Of a DNA stretch of 64,000 nt, positions 32,800-44,882 are shown in pieces (the first letter of the stretch is position 1; every line of letters begins with the position of its first letter). The notes beneath the pieces were generated by a model that saw only the letters and a list, made by a program, of their open reading frames with translations, was not told the origin of the DNA and did not search any database. Source of the stretch: Trichoplax sp. H2 (taxonomy: Eukaryota); the NCBI GenBank assembly GCA_003344405.1, contig NOWV01000003.1, positions 186,001 through 250,000 on the forward strand. Reading direction: 5' to 3'. The position numbers were made by a program, and so were the translations under genes.

Positions 32800-33720
32800 T
32801 ACTGTACAGTACAGTACTGTACTGAACAAGTGTACAGTACAGTACTATACACAGTTTACAGTATGCAGTACTGTACTGTACTGTACTGTACAGTACTGTA
32901 CCAATGACTGCTGAAAGAAAACCTAACACTGTACAGTACAGTACTGTACAGTAGTGCTGTAGACGTCGAGCGATTGGACGTCCAACGGACGTTCGATTTT
33001 GGACGTTCGGTATGTACAGTACGTTCGTTGTCAGATCGGACGTCGACGAACTGTACTGTAGTGTACAGTGTACAGTGTACAGTACTGTACAGTGTATACA
33101 GTCAGTTTGTATAATCCCACCCCAATACTACACAGTACAGTACAGTACATACAGTACAGTAGTACAAACGTCTTTTACAAACACTTTCAGTACAGTGTAC
33201 TGTACACTATGTATATACTGTAGTGTTAACACTGTACACTGTGTACGTTGGTACTGTACGTTCAATGAACGTCCGACGTTCAAATTGGACGTTCGTACGT
33301 TCGTTCATTAAAACTGGCTAACGTCCACAGTACTAGTCATGACTACAGTATACTGTATGTACAGTGTATAGTATAGTCTTATACCGTACTGTACAGTACA
33401 GTGTACACTATGTATATACTGTAGTGTTAACACTGTACACTGTGTACAGTACGTTGGTACGTTCAATGAACGTCCGACGTTCAAATTGGACGTTCGTACG
33501 TTCGTTCATTAAAACTGGCTAACGTCCACAGTACTACTGTACAGTACAGTAGTGTACTGTACAAATCTGAAACGGACGGTTAGGTGACACTTGTGATGGA
33601 AAACATGAAACAATCAACAATGGGATTGTATGGAGCACTGGTACACAGTATAGTAGAGACACTCTATTAGTGCATGGTATACTGTACAGTACAGTGTGCA
33701 GTACAGTACGGTACAGTTCT
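32800..33720. repeat. TACAGTA/TACTGTA arrays upstream of paladin
   Basis: Very dense mixed-orientation pentamer and heptamer units. Confidence 0.9.
32952..33536. mobile_element. Non-autonomous hAT-type element (MITE) with duplicated right arm
   Basis: Termini TAGTGCTGTAGACGT ... ACGTCCACAGTACTA (13/15 inverted match). Identical 8-bp flanks CTGTACAG (32944-32951, 33537-33544). Subterminal GGACGTTC/GAACGTCC repeats. Internal direct repeat 33188-33335 / 33394-33536. Confidence 0.65.
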
Positions 33721-33947
33721 ATATGTGCAGTATTGTTTTGCAGCCATCTGCAGCTGCACCATAGAGACAGTGATATAAAAAATAAAGAAGCCTAATCAGT
33801 CTACTGTGGACTAGTATGCACTATAATGTGTATGGCAGTAATACAGAGAAACTTGTAAGGGAATTTCTCTTATTAGCGTCGTCCTGGACTACTGTACTTG
33901 ATACTTTATCAGTCAAGTACAGTACTGTATCGTACGGTGGCCGAGTT

Positions 33948-34960
33948 ACGTCTTTATTGTAAAACGCCATATCATTTTTTACAGTGGTAAGTGTATCGCA
34001 CAGGGATGATAAAATACTTTTTTACCTTGCAATCCCTACCGACTCCCTTGGTAAATAATAAATTATGTAATAAGTAATTATGATCGCGACTTGTACAGTA
34101 CACATGTCGCTTGGTCCCTAGCTACGCGTGTCACATCTATAAGACGTCCTACCTAAAGCCGTAGATCAGTTCTCTTATTAATTAACCTCTCTGGATATGA
34201 ATCACTGAGAACAACCTGTATAAAATAAAATATAATAAAATCCTATTCCGTTCCCAGTCTTACGGAGTCTGATATATGTAGTTTGTGACCTCAGAAAATA
34301 ATACAGATACATGTACTGTAACTCATGCAGCATTCTGTTAAAAACTATTGCCTAATTTGACGAATAAATCCTGGATGACTGCATGTGTTAGCAAGCTGTC
34401 TTTCGTATTCGTTTCCTCTATTCGATGTTTAATTTAATTTATTAACAGAAATCAGTTCTGATACGCCGTGTCGATGTTAAACACTTGTATGAACCATAGT
34501 ATGACTCCGGATTAAGCTATGATTTTTAAATTAAACGCTCTATACTTGGGGTTGCAAAGCATTCAATGCCACTGAATCAATTGTGGTTATATTAATTGTA
34601 TACGCACGCGTATACGGATTATCCTAGTAACTTGAAAACGTGTATCTCGCCTTTGTCGTTAATGTTAGTATTATATGATTAATTACAGTACAATTAGCAC
34701 ATTGTTGAATATGGCGTACTACTGCAGTTTTGCATTATTTAGCTGCCTACGAAATTGAAACATTAACTATGATATCGAAAGCACCTTATACCTGTAATAT
34801 CTAATAAATGCACCATGCCTCCCCAGTCTCCACTCCACCGGAATACTGGGCTGAACCAGTATATTGCACGGTGTATCAAAGGAAGTTTTCACGTCTTTAA
34901 TTGTAAAACGCCATATCATTTTTTACAGTGGTAAGTGTCATCGCACTTAGGGATGATAAA
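33948..34960 (+). repeat. Two copies of a ~66-70 bp element (33948-34013 and 34891-34960)
   Basis: Identical core TTGTAAAACGCCATATCATTTTTTACAGTGGTAAGTGT with small indels on either side. Confidence 0.85.
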
Positions 34961-35362
34961 CGTATACTACCAAGGAGCAGTTACAATGCTACGAATTTAT
35001 CTAGAAAATCTATATTAGTACGCGTTCAGTAAGTTACATAAGCGTACATCAATACAGTATCGTATATGACCTAGCATTGCCTACGGGCACAGTATCACAT
35101 GCAGCTTACCTCCCGCCGCAGACTACATGATTACTGTATTGCAGGTAACAATATCTGAGATTCATTTTATTTTGTAAACGTATAAACGTATAATCTGTCA
35201 TCTTGCAGAACTATCATACGAAAGGTAAACAAGGGACAAATATTGTATACTTTCACTTAAGGCATAGCGTAGCTATTCTACCACATCAGACTTATAGTTA
35301 AGTATGTTTCCAGCCTAAAATTAAAAACGGAAACTTGCTACAGCTTTATGAAATATGAACAG

Positions 35363-37108
35363 TTAATGTGATTCTTCATAGCCTTCTGGCAGAGCATTCA
35401 CGTGAGGATTGTGGAAAAGTGTATGATTCCCATCTTTCCATGGAAATGGCTAAAACGCAAAGTAACGAACCATGCATTAAACGCAAATTAAGAGATACGA
35501 AACAATGTTGCATTAAACTTATAGCAATAGAAAAAGTCTAGTTAAATTAACAGTACATATTAACACATATATTTTCATATAGCAAACAAACTATTTTGAA
35601 TAATACCTTTGACCTTATCCTTAGATGGGGGTAGGGTCGGAATTCAGGATGGTGAGGATGCTCTTTGTGATGCTTAGTTTCCTTGTAATACGCATTTACG
35701 GTACTAAAAGCGATTGCAGGTAAGGCTATCAATATGCTAATTTTCTTCCATAAGGACATAGTTTCTACGAAAGAGTTAGTAATATACAGTATGTTAAAAA
35801 TTACAAAGGCATCATTAATTCTTTTTATATTGATAACTATTTATACCAAGCTAAAGACTATCAAGCAATGCTAAAGCGTGCTATAATCATTATTATTAAA
35901 ATTTTTAGTTTTTTACCGACTTTAGAACTACAGCAAGTATGGTAGATAATGAGTAGCTGCACAATAAGTAACTGTACATTATCAGAACGTAATCTTTCCT
36001 CAAACGTAACAGCAAACAAAAGGAAAGTCTTTCAATTTTGCTTTATTGTATTTGAGTATCAGCTAATAGCATGCAGTTTACTGAAAGTATTGCATTGTAT
36101 ACTACTGTATATAACACTTTATGTACATACATGGTCTGTAATATATATACATGATGATAATTAATTTTGTTAAAGCTAGGCTTATACAACTAAAGGGAGA
36201 AAGGTATATGAACGAATTAGAACTAGACATAACGCAATAGTCGCTTGCCACGCTGGATATCCAGTAATATTGATACACGTTTACAATTCATCGAAATGTT
36301 GCTAGATAGTTCGCAAGAGTCCTACACATAACAGTATTCTGTTTTATTGTACAGTAAGGCAGTGCTTACAAGTATCTATCAAATAATATGTGAAAAGGCT
36401 TAAACGATAACTCCAGTACTGTTCCCTTCATATAAATATACAGTACGTATACGTAATCAATGCTAGTGACATTTTTACTACACAAATGAGCTACAATCAA
36501 CTGTTTGTTGATGCAGCAATAGCAGCTATTCCAATACTAGAGTTGCAAAGACTTAATCATGAGTCGTACAAAGTGCAAGTAAAATTAGAGGGATTAATAT
36601 GAATACCTCACTACTTCTTATACAGTCGACAAAATATGTGTACGAATAAAACATATACACGCAAACTCTAGTTGCTATCGTGATGTCCTTATGTCGCTCA
36701 AGTTGAATATAAAACAATGACTGTCGTAACTATTCGATACAGAAACTATATTGACTAGATAGATGAAATTGCAGTAATTTGTGATATCTTTTATTAATTA
36801 TCGATGTTATACAGTACACAACTTCTAATAATTAATCCTTTTGCCATGTACCTACAGTAGGTATACGCACAAATTTTTACTGTCTATTCTTTTTATCGAG
36901 TACACATATTTATGCGTAACAGATTATATTATATTAAATACGATACCGTTACGACGAAAAGAAATCAATAAATATCTCTACTGTTATGTTAAGAAATACC
37001 CGCTGCATGTTTTCCAGTAGCTTCGAGTTCTTCTTTATACGACAACGTAGCATATTGTCGATTGCAGATTGTTCGCATTCGAATAAAACGTTGAACTGAG
37101 AAGGCCAT
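35363..37108 (-). CDS. COX6A: Cytochrome c oxidase subunit 6A
   Basis: Three exons: presequence MAFSVQRFIRMRTICNRQYA...HAA; LWKKISILIALPAI...PEFRPYPHLRIRSK; PFPWKDGNHTLFHNPHVNALPEGYEESH*. Confidence 0.96.
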
Positions 37109-37167
37109 CTTGAATCTTCAGATTTCGACCGTATGACAGCACGTTTACTTCTGTTCCGACTAGAAAT

Positions 37168-37750
37168 TGTACTGTACTGTACACTAGAGGGTCTCTACTG
37201 TACTATACTGTACAGTACACTAGAGAGTAGAGAACCCTCTATTCAGTACATACAGTGTACAGTACTGTAAAGTACTTGATAGTGTACTGTACTGTACTGT
37301 ACAAAGGAAACTCTACTCGGACGGTCGGATATTTCCACCTCATACAGTACTGTATACTATAGTACAGTATAATACTGTTCCAAACACTTACATTCGTCAA
37401 TGTCACCTCAAGCGTTTGCTCGCTTCTATAATTCGCTTATTTTTTCTAAATTAAGTAATATTACATTGAAATCTATTTTATTTAATTAATTCCTGCTTCA
37501 AAATAGTTATATAATGTCATCAATGTTCTTAAATTAGTACACATGATTAAGAAAAATAGCTACAGAAGATCTATTCTGTACTAAAGTAACCCAATTTTTC
37601 GATATTTTGGTCTCATTGGTATAAAAAGTCTGTCTGTCTGAAGAGTTTATGTACTGTACACTGTACAGTACACACTGTACAGTGCATCATTTCATTTTAC
37701 CACGCATAAACGCTACTCTACAGTACAGTACAGCACTGCACTGTACTGTA
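37168..37750. repeat. TACAGTA/TACTGTA arrays in the COX6A/RBM19 divergent promoter region
   Basis: Blocks at 37168-37303, 37343-37377 and 37650-37750. Confidence 0.88.
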
Positions 37751-37983
37751 ATTTACTAGCATGCGTCAATAAGTACTATGCAAACGCGTATGTCTTGCCC
37801 ACAAACACGCTCTTCAAAATTTGCTCATTGTATAATCACTGTTCAGTAGTGATTATATACTGTATATGGTACAGCAAGGGACCTTTAATTAAGGTTAAAG
37901 CTTTTACTGGATTGCTTACTGTTCATCGTGTGAACGTACCTTTTAAATCACATTCACAACTGGCAACCGTGAACTGGAGCAGC

Positions 37984-40900
37984 ATGTCAAGACTCGTTGT
38001 CAAGAACCTACCGTGCAATATATCTGAAGATCGACTAAGAGCTCTTTTCTCCGAGTTTGGAGAGTTAACAGACGTACAACTAAAGTTTACAGAAGATAAA
38101 ATATTTCGTAGATTTGCTTTTATAGGATATAGACATAAATGTGATGCATCAACGGCTCAAAAGTTCTTTAATAACAGTTATATTGATACCTCCAAAATAG
38201 AAGTAAGTTCTCAGAATGTGAAAGTTATTCAAAATTAGGTAACTTCTTTTATCAAGCAAGCAATAAAAGCAATGATAAATAAAATATATATAATATGTAA
38301 CAATATTGGCTTCATCCAAAATACGATCAGAATTTATTAAAGTACTTTACTGTATATATTTTATATGCTTACTAAAACAGTGCATGCTCGTTCTAGATAG
38401 AGCCTTGTTACCCGCTTAATGAAAGAATTGCAGCGCGAGTGTGGAAAAAATATTCGAAACGCGACCACGCTAGTACTTCAAAAGTACGACATGAAGGTTT
38501 TTCGAGAGATACTAGTAAAAGAGATCAAAGTAAAGTTGAGAATTTAGAGGTACAATTAATATCCTTAAAGCATAACAATTTCAGTACAATAATACAACTA
38601 CAGTACTTTCGTACATTTTACCTGAAATAATGCTCTTCCATTCTGAAATTAGATTGCAGTAAAGAAAGAACAGAAATCCTTAAGACAATTTTATGAAGTA
38701 ATTGCAGATATTTATTCTTAAGTAAATGCACATGTACCCATGTAAGAGCTGTCTACAGTATGTATTATCCTACTCTCTTGTTTACAATATTCAAAATCCC
38801 AAAGTGATACTAACAGTTCAATAGATTCGATCAGCTAGTTACTATTTGCAGACCTACAGTTAGGTATTATAATGTTTCACAGAAATTATAACGCATAACA
38901 ATTTTAAGTACTGTACACTTCATTAAGCCTATTTTACGCACCTACATGTTGCTGGCGAACAGTATTATACCATTAGCTATGAGACTAATTTGGAAATTAA
39001 CTCCTACTGCTAAAATATACGCTTGCTTGAGTGCATGTGTAGCTGCTACGCAATTAACGAAATCTTTCCTTCGGTTGTAACGTAATATATTGGAAATAAA
39101 CTAGGAAAGGACAAATATAACCTTAACTCATGATAAGAATGTACCCTTGCAGAACAAGATCTCTGAGGTATTATCGATACACTTAGACAAATGTGAAGAA
39201 TTATCCGTTTTCCGATTGCTATTGATATTACCAATACTACTAGTAGCCTTGCTCTTCTTTACTGGTAACTTCGGGAGTACATATTGCTGATCTAATTTCT
39301 TAAAATGTATCATCGTTAACGACGCTGTAGCCTATGGATAAAGCAACCGTTACAGCAAACTTTGAAACAGTGATGTCTAAAAGATCTACTGATAAGGTCA
39401 TAACTATAAACATTGCTACTGTTTCTCTAATTTTAGCACTGTAGACAAAGATTGAACTAGACGGATTTTAATACAACTAAGACGACTGTTAAGGATATTA
39501 CGCGTACATAATTTCAATTCATAAATTGTTTACAGGGTACATTAAAGAACAGAGTGCATATTAAATTTCACGAAGGTAAGTCAATCTTATGAATCTTCGA
39601 GGTATAAAATAAATTAATGCATGTATCTACCGCACCATGAATTTATTACAGACAGTGTTATCAACTTACTGTAGCCACTTTTAACCATGATTTAACTGAC
39701 AAATTTAACTTACTAGGTTTGCTTGTTTTTACTAGATGCGTATGTAAGTGCCTTCAAAAACAGCCGTCGGCTAATATATTTTTAATCACTTACCTTGAAT
39801 GATTACATCATATTCATTATATTGAAGACATAAAATGATGAACGATTTTATTTTCTACCTTTTGCACAGCAAACGACGGATAATACTAGGTCCAAGGTTT
39901 CAAATATAAGTATGACACAGTTACCAAATAAAGAAAGTGATACAGAAGACAATGCACCCGCAAAGAATATAATAACGATTAAACTCCGAGGTTTACCGTT
40001 TGATGTGAATGAGGTATAAGCTGAAGCTTACTTATCTTCGAACTGGACTATCTGATAATGCACAGATTATACATATTAATTTGCTACCTGTATTTGTGGA
40101 TGAAGATTACTGTTATATATTCAGAAAGCCTTAGCTTGCTAATGACAAAAGGCTATTATGACTTATATAGGAGGAAATAAAGGAATTCTTCCACCCGACA
40201 AAATTGGAAAATACCAGATTAATGACAAATCATAAAGGCAAACCGAATGGCGTAGCATTTGTGGATTTTACTAACGAAGAAGATGCTTGCAAAGCGATGA
40301 AAAGCAATAAAGATTATATCCGTTAGTAATTGCTTTATGATAACAACATAATTTTCAAAGGCAAGAAAGTTAACGATAAAATCTTACCGATATCTCCTTA
40401 TGTGATAGGTAACAGGTATATTGAACTTTTTCCTGACGAAGGAAAGCATTTAGAAATAAGTGACACCCCTGTGACATCAGCTATCAACAGTCAAATTAGC
40501 CATGAAACACAGGTAATAATTTTAATAGATAAACCGCATTTTCTGCTGTTTTTCTGTAAAGTAATATATGTGGTCAATAATAATATTTTTTAGGAAGATT
40601 CAATGAAGCGAAGACAAGAATCATACGTAGCAGACATTGAGAGGGTATCAACGTTATTTACAAAGATTGGGATTATGTGTGAAGGATTTTAATTCAGAAT
40701 AAATCACTATAATGTCGAAAATTTATTTTACTCGTAGACCGGAAGATTATTTTTACGTAATTTGGCTTATTGCTGTACAGAGAACGACATAAAAGACTTA
40801 TTGTCAAATTACGGTAACAAAAATTATACTCATTACAGTAAATGATAATACTGTAGTTATAAACTTACGTACTGAACTAGCTAGATTTGAAGTACCTGTA

Positions 40901-43900
40901 CGTGCTCCTAATAATTTATACCCTTATTAGGCGTATTTCACTTTGTAAAAATTTTGATTCTAGATCTATTTGCTCTACGCTTGCACAATGTATATTATGT
41001 GATTTTTTTTGAGTTCCCTAGTATCTTTTTATTTTATTTGATATTTATTACAATAATCACACTAATTGCGATGACTCCTTTTTATCTAAGAAATGGAATC
41101 AAAATTGACTATTTTTAACATGCAGGACCTTTAAAAGAGGTACATTTGCCGAAGAGTGCAGATAGAAAGGGAAACATCGGCTTTGCTTTTGTTAAATTTG
41201 CTACTCCAGCAGATGCCATTAGAGCTGCAAACGACTTAGACGGCGCAATTTTTCTTGTTAGTTCAAGTAAATAAAATTAACTTGTATCCATTTCAACCTG
41301 CTAGATATAGCATTAATAATGTTTGTAACCATATAGTCATATTTGTACAGTAGATTCATTTTAGTATGATGTTTACTTAATGAAAATCGATGATCATAAA
41401 CCATAATATACTAAATTAATCTGTTACTGTACCAACGGAAAGTTAATACTTTTTTATAATTATGCATATCATGTCGTGCAGACCTGCAGATAACTTGCCA
41501 TAAATCTTTTGCAATACTAACGTAATCAAATGCTACAATTGTTAAAGGGTAGAATTATACATTTGCTGCCGGGTAGAGAAGATTATTCCACCTCTAACTC
41601 CAGTAACGATAATCGTTAGTAGTTTTTTATTTACGAAATTATTACGTAACACTTAGACCACGTTATCCAAATATCAAAGCAAGCTTAGCTTACCGCTTAC
41701 CTAATACCGAAACGCTATTTTAGTTGAAACCGGATCCAGTCTGACGTCTAAATCATATAAAAAAAACGCCAATAGCTCCCGTAAGAAATTAAGTGAAAGG
41801 TAATGAAATTTTGCATTGACGCACTGCAAATTAAATGAATGTTCGCTGCCCTTTCATTAAGCAAGTATTCATTACCTATAGTCCACACAATTGGAATTCT
41901 CTATTCTTGAATCAAAACGCTGTTCTCGATGCTTTGGCCTCAAAACTTGATGCTGATAAAGCTAAAATACTAGATACTGTAAATCACACATAAGAGTACA
42001 CTATAGATCGAATGTAGTAGTCTTGTGGTATTCAATTAGCGAATGTTTATTTCTATCTTTAGGAAATTGATCAAAGTCTTGCTGTAAGATTAGCTTTAGG
42101 AGAAACAAAATTAGTGGCAGATACCCGTAGTTTCTTGATGTCTCATGCTGTAAATCTAGAATCATTAACAAAAGTAAGCAGTAAACCGATTATATAGGTA
42201 TATGAATTATAATAACACCAGTAGACAAAGTATGGCATACGTATCATACAAAGCGAAGGTAGTCATAAAAATCTGACTAGCTTGCTTATTTATGTATATA
42301 TTTTAGCCTTGTAAAGAGAGAAGTAAAACAGTCATTATTGTTAAAAATTTACCTTTTGGAACCAAGAAAAACGAACTCTGCGAACTTTTTTCGGAGTATG
42401 GATCAATTGAGCGTGTAATTATTCCGCCCTCCGGTATCACAGCACTCGTTGAATATACCAAAGATATCGAAGCTAGAAATGGATTTCGAAAGTTGGCTTA
42501 CAGCAAGGTAATATTTGATATCATCTCTTTTGCTTAATGAATCCGATACAGAACCCTCAATATTATGAGTATAGTATTATGACTGCAATAATGAAGTCTT
42601 TCGTCTTGTCTGTGTAATAGTTTAAAAGCAGTCCACTATATTTGGAATGGGCGCCCATTGATGTATTTAATGCAGCTAGTGGATCTTCAATTGATAATAA
42701 CAATGGGATTGATGACTCCGCAAAGCCTCCTAACTGCGAAATCCTCAGTACAGTATTATTTCTGTCCATTACTCATAGCATATGTGATTATGTCTGTAGT
42801 TCGTAAAATGTAAAAATCACTGTCTCTACTTATTTGTGGACGAAGATGGGAAGGTAGATGCTAAGACTCAAAATTTACAGCGCACAATTTTTATCAGAAA
42901 TCTAAATTTTCAAACTGATGAATGCCGGCTACGTAAGGTATATCATTTGTATTTTAGACTTGGTTCTGGATTACTTGCACAATTAACCAATAAACTCTTT
43001 CAGGAATTTCGAAAATTTAGTGAACCCGTGAGTGTCTTTATTCCAAAGAAAAAGACTTCGAATAAGCCGCGTATGCATATACCTTTTTTTCCATTCAATG
43101 TCTCTAACGAATTATTAAACCCGAGTGCTCTAATAGACACTAATCATCTTTAGATCAAAAGATTTCTATGGGTTTTGGATTTATAGAATATAGAAACCGA
43201 GAAGATGCCGAACGGACAATCAAGGATTTACAGGTGCTCTCATTAGATATCATGCTAATTATGCTTTTCTGCCATTTGGCTTCTTCATTTATTCAGATAA
43301 TTCTGATTATATTGAATGAAGCGTAATACAAAACACATCTAACGTAGCTGCTCTTATTAGCACTGTGAGGTAGATGGACGTCGATTGGAGTTAGAAATTT
43401 CTACGTCAACACAGCATTCGTTAGTTACACTCAAGTTTGCGAAATCAATTAAAATATTTCATAATAAATCAATAAATGTTCATTTCTTACAGCCAAACTT
43501 CAACTATCAAGAAAAATATGTCTGTTAGTAACAAACCAAATACAACTAAGATCCTTGTGAAAAACTTGCCATTTGAGGCTACGAAATCAGAAGTGAAGCA
43601 AATTTTTAGGTTTGTATGCTTCAGATTGAAATGATACAACTTGCTTCAACAAAAACTTCATCCTTGACAGTCTTATTTAATGATAATTATATATAATTAA
43701 TGATAGTGTGTTCGGTGAGATAAAGTGTATAAGAATCCCTAGAAAATATGGCCAGCGAAAACAGCATCGAGGCTTCACGTTTATAGAATTCATTACGAAA
43801 GCTGATGCAAAGGTGATAAATACCTATGAATGCCACTGTCATATTCCAATTGCTATGATGGATGGCTTTGCTACTTTAATTTTGTAAAACTGTTAGCGCA

Positions 43901-44406
43901 ACGACTTCGAAGAAAAGCAAACACTTGTGTGTTAGAAATAATTCACCCTTTAATTGCAGTCTCGGCGCACCATTTCTCATACTGTACTGTGTTCACTAAT
44001 TGTAATTATTAATAGAAATAGTTACATTGCCCTAAATTATTTAAAGAATATTCGTAATAATAATGTGTATTAATGCGGTTCTAATCTCTGCTCTGTCCTT
44101 GCGTTCGCTATTCATCAAGTAATAAAGCTTTTTCTAATTAACCATAGAGAGCCTTTACAGCTTTACAAGATAGCACACATTTATACGGTCGCCGTTTGAT
44201 CTTACAATGGGCCGAAGAAGACCAGGATATCACGGCTATTCGACAAAAAACTGCTACAAAATTTTTTACTGGTAAGGCATTCCGATGTAAAATTTTTAGC
44301 TTAGCTGGTCCGGCATGTCGTTGAAATAAAATTGGTGTATCATTATTATAACCTATATGTTACAGGCCGACCATCCAAGAAGGTTAAGCTAGATTATGGA
44401 GAATAA
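37984..44406 (+). CDS. RBM19: RNA-binding motif protein 19 (Mrd1-like, six RRMs, 40S biogenesis)
   Basis: MSRLVVKNLP...FRRFAFIGY; TIKLRGLPF; GRLFLRNLAY; HNWNSLFLNQNAV; AVRLALGET; IIVKNLPFG; PLYLEWAP; KILVKNLPFEAT; STHLYGRRLILQWA. Confidence 0.95.
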
Positions 44407-44882
44407 TGGTGGTTTACCTCTATGGATGCGTTTTTTAATGTCAGATACCTACATGTTCGTTATACATGTATTAGTTATAATTATCAATGGCTATCGTTTA
44501 GCTGAATCTTCGCCTATTAAATTAAATTATTTTACTATGCTATTTCTTGATACACTCTAAAAATAGAAAAGAGTCCTTCGCAGGATCAGAATATTTGTCA
44601 ATAGTTAACTAACAGAGAGTAACAGTAACCAAGCTTATTTCGTTTTATGCTAAGCAAAGTTGCCGGATCGAAGTTTGTGTCGACATCAATTAAAGTATAG
44701 TGTATAGTATGTTAAGGTCTGACAATGTATCACATCACATAACATTTAATAAACATTTTATCTTTCCCGGATTACAATAAAAAATAATTAATGCATCATT
44801 ACTAGTTCATAGTGGAAAAATAAGGTATAATTAATTCTAAGTTATCCATGTAACATTTTTTACAAGACTTCATTTGCAATGC

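Noticed and set aside
32960..33536. CRISPR-like appearance of GGACGTTC repeats
   Set aside because: Eukaryotic context, irregular spacing and no cas genes; better explained as hAT subterminal repeats.
34800..34940. U1 snRNA-like ACTTACC on the minus strand, or an iron-responsive CAGTG loop on the plus strand
   Set aside because: No U1-70K/U1A loops or Sm site in the right orientation; the IRE stem and bulged C do not fit.
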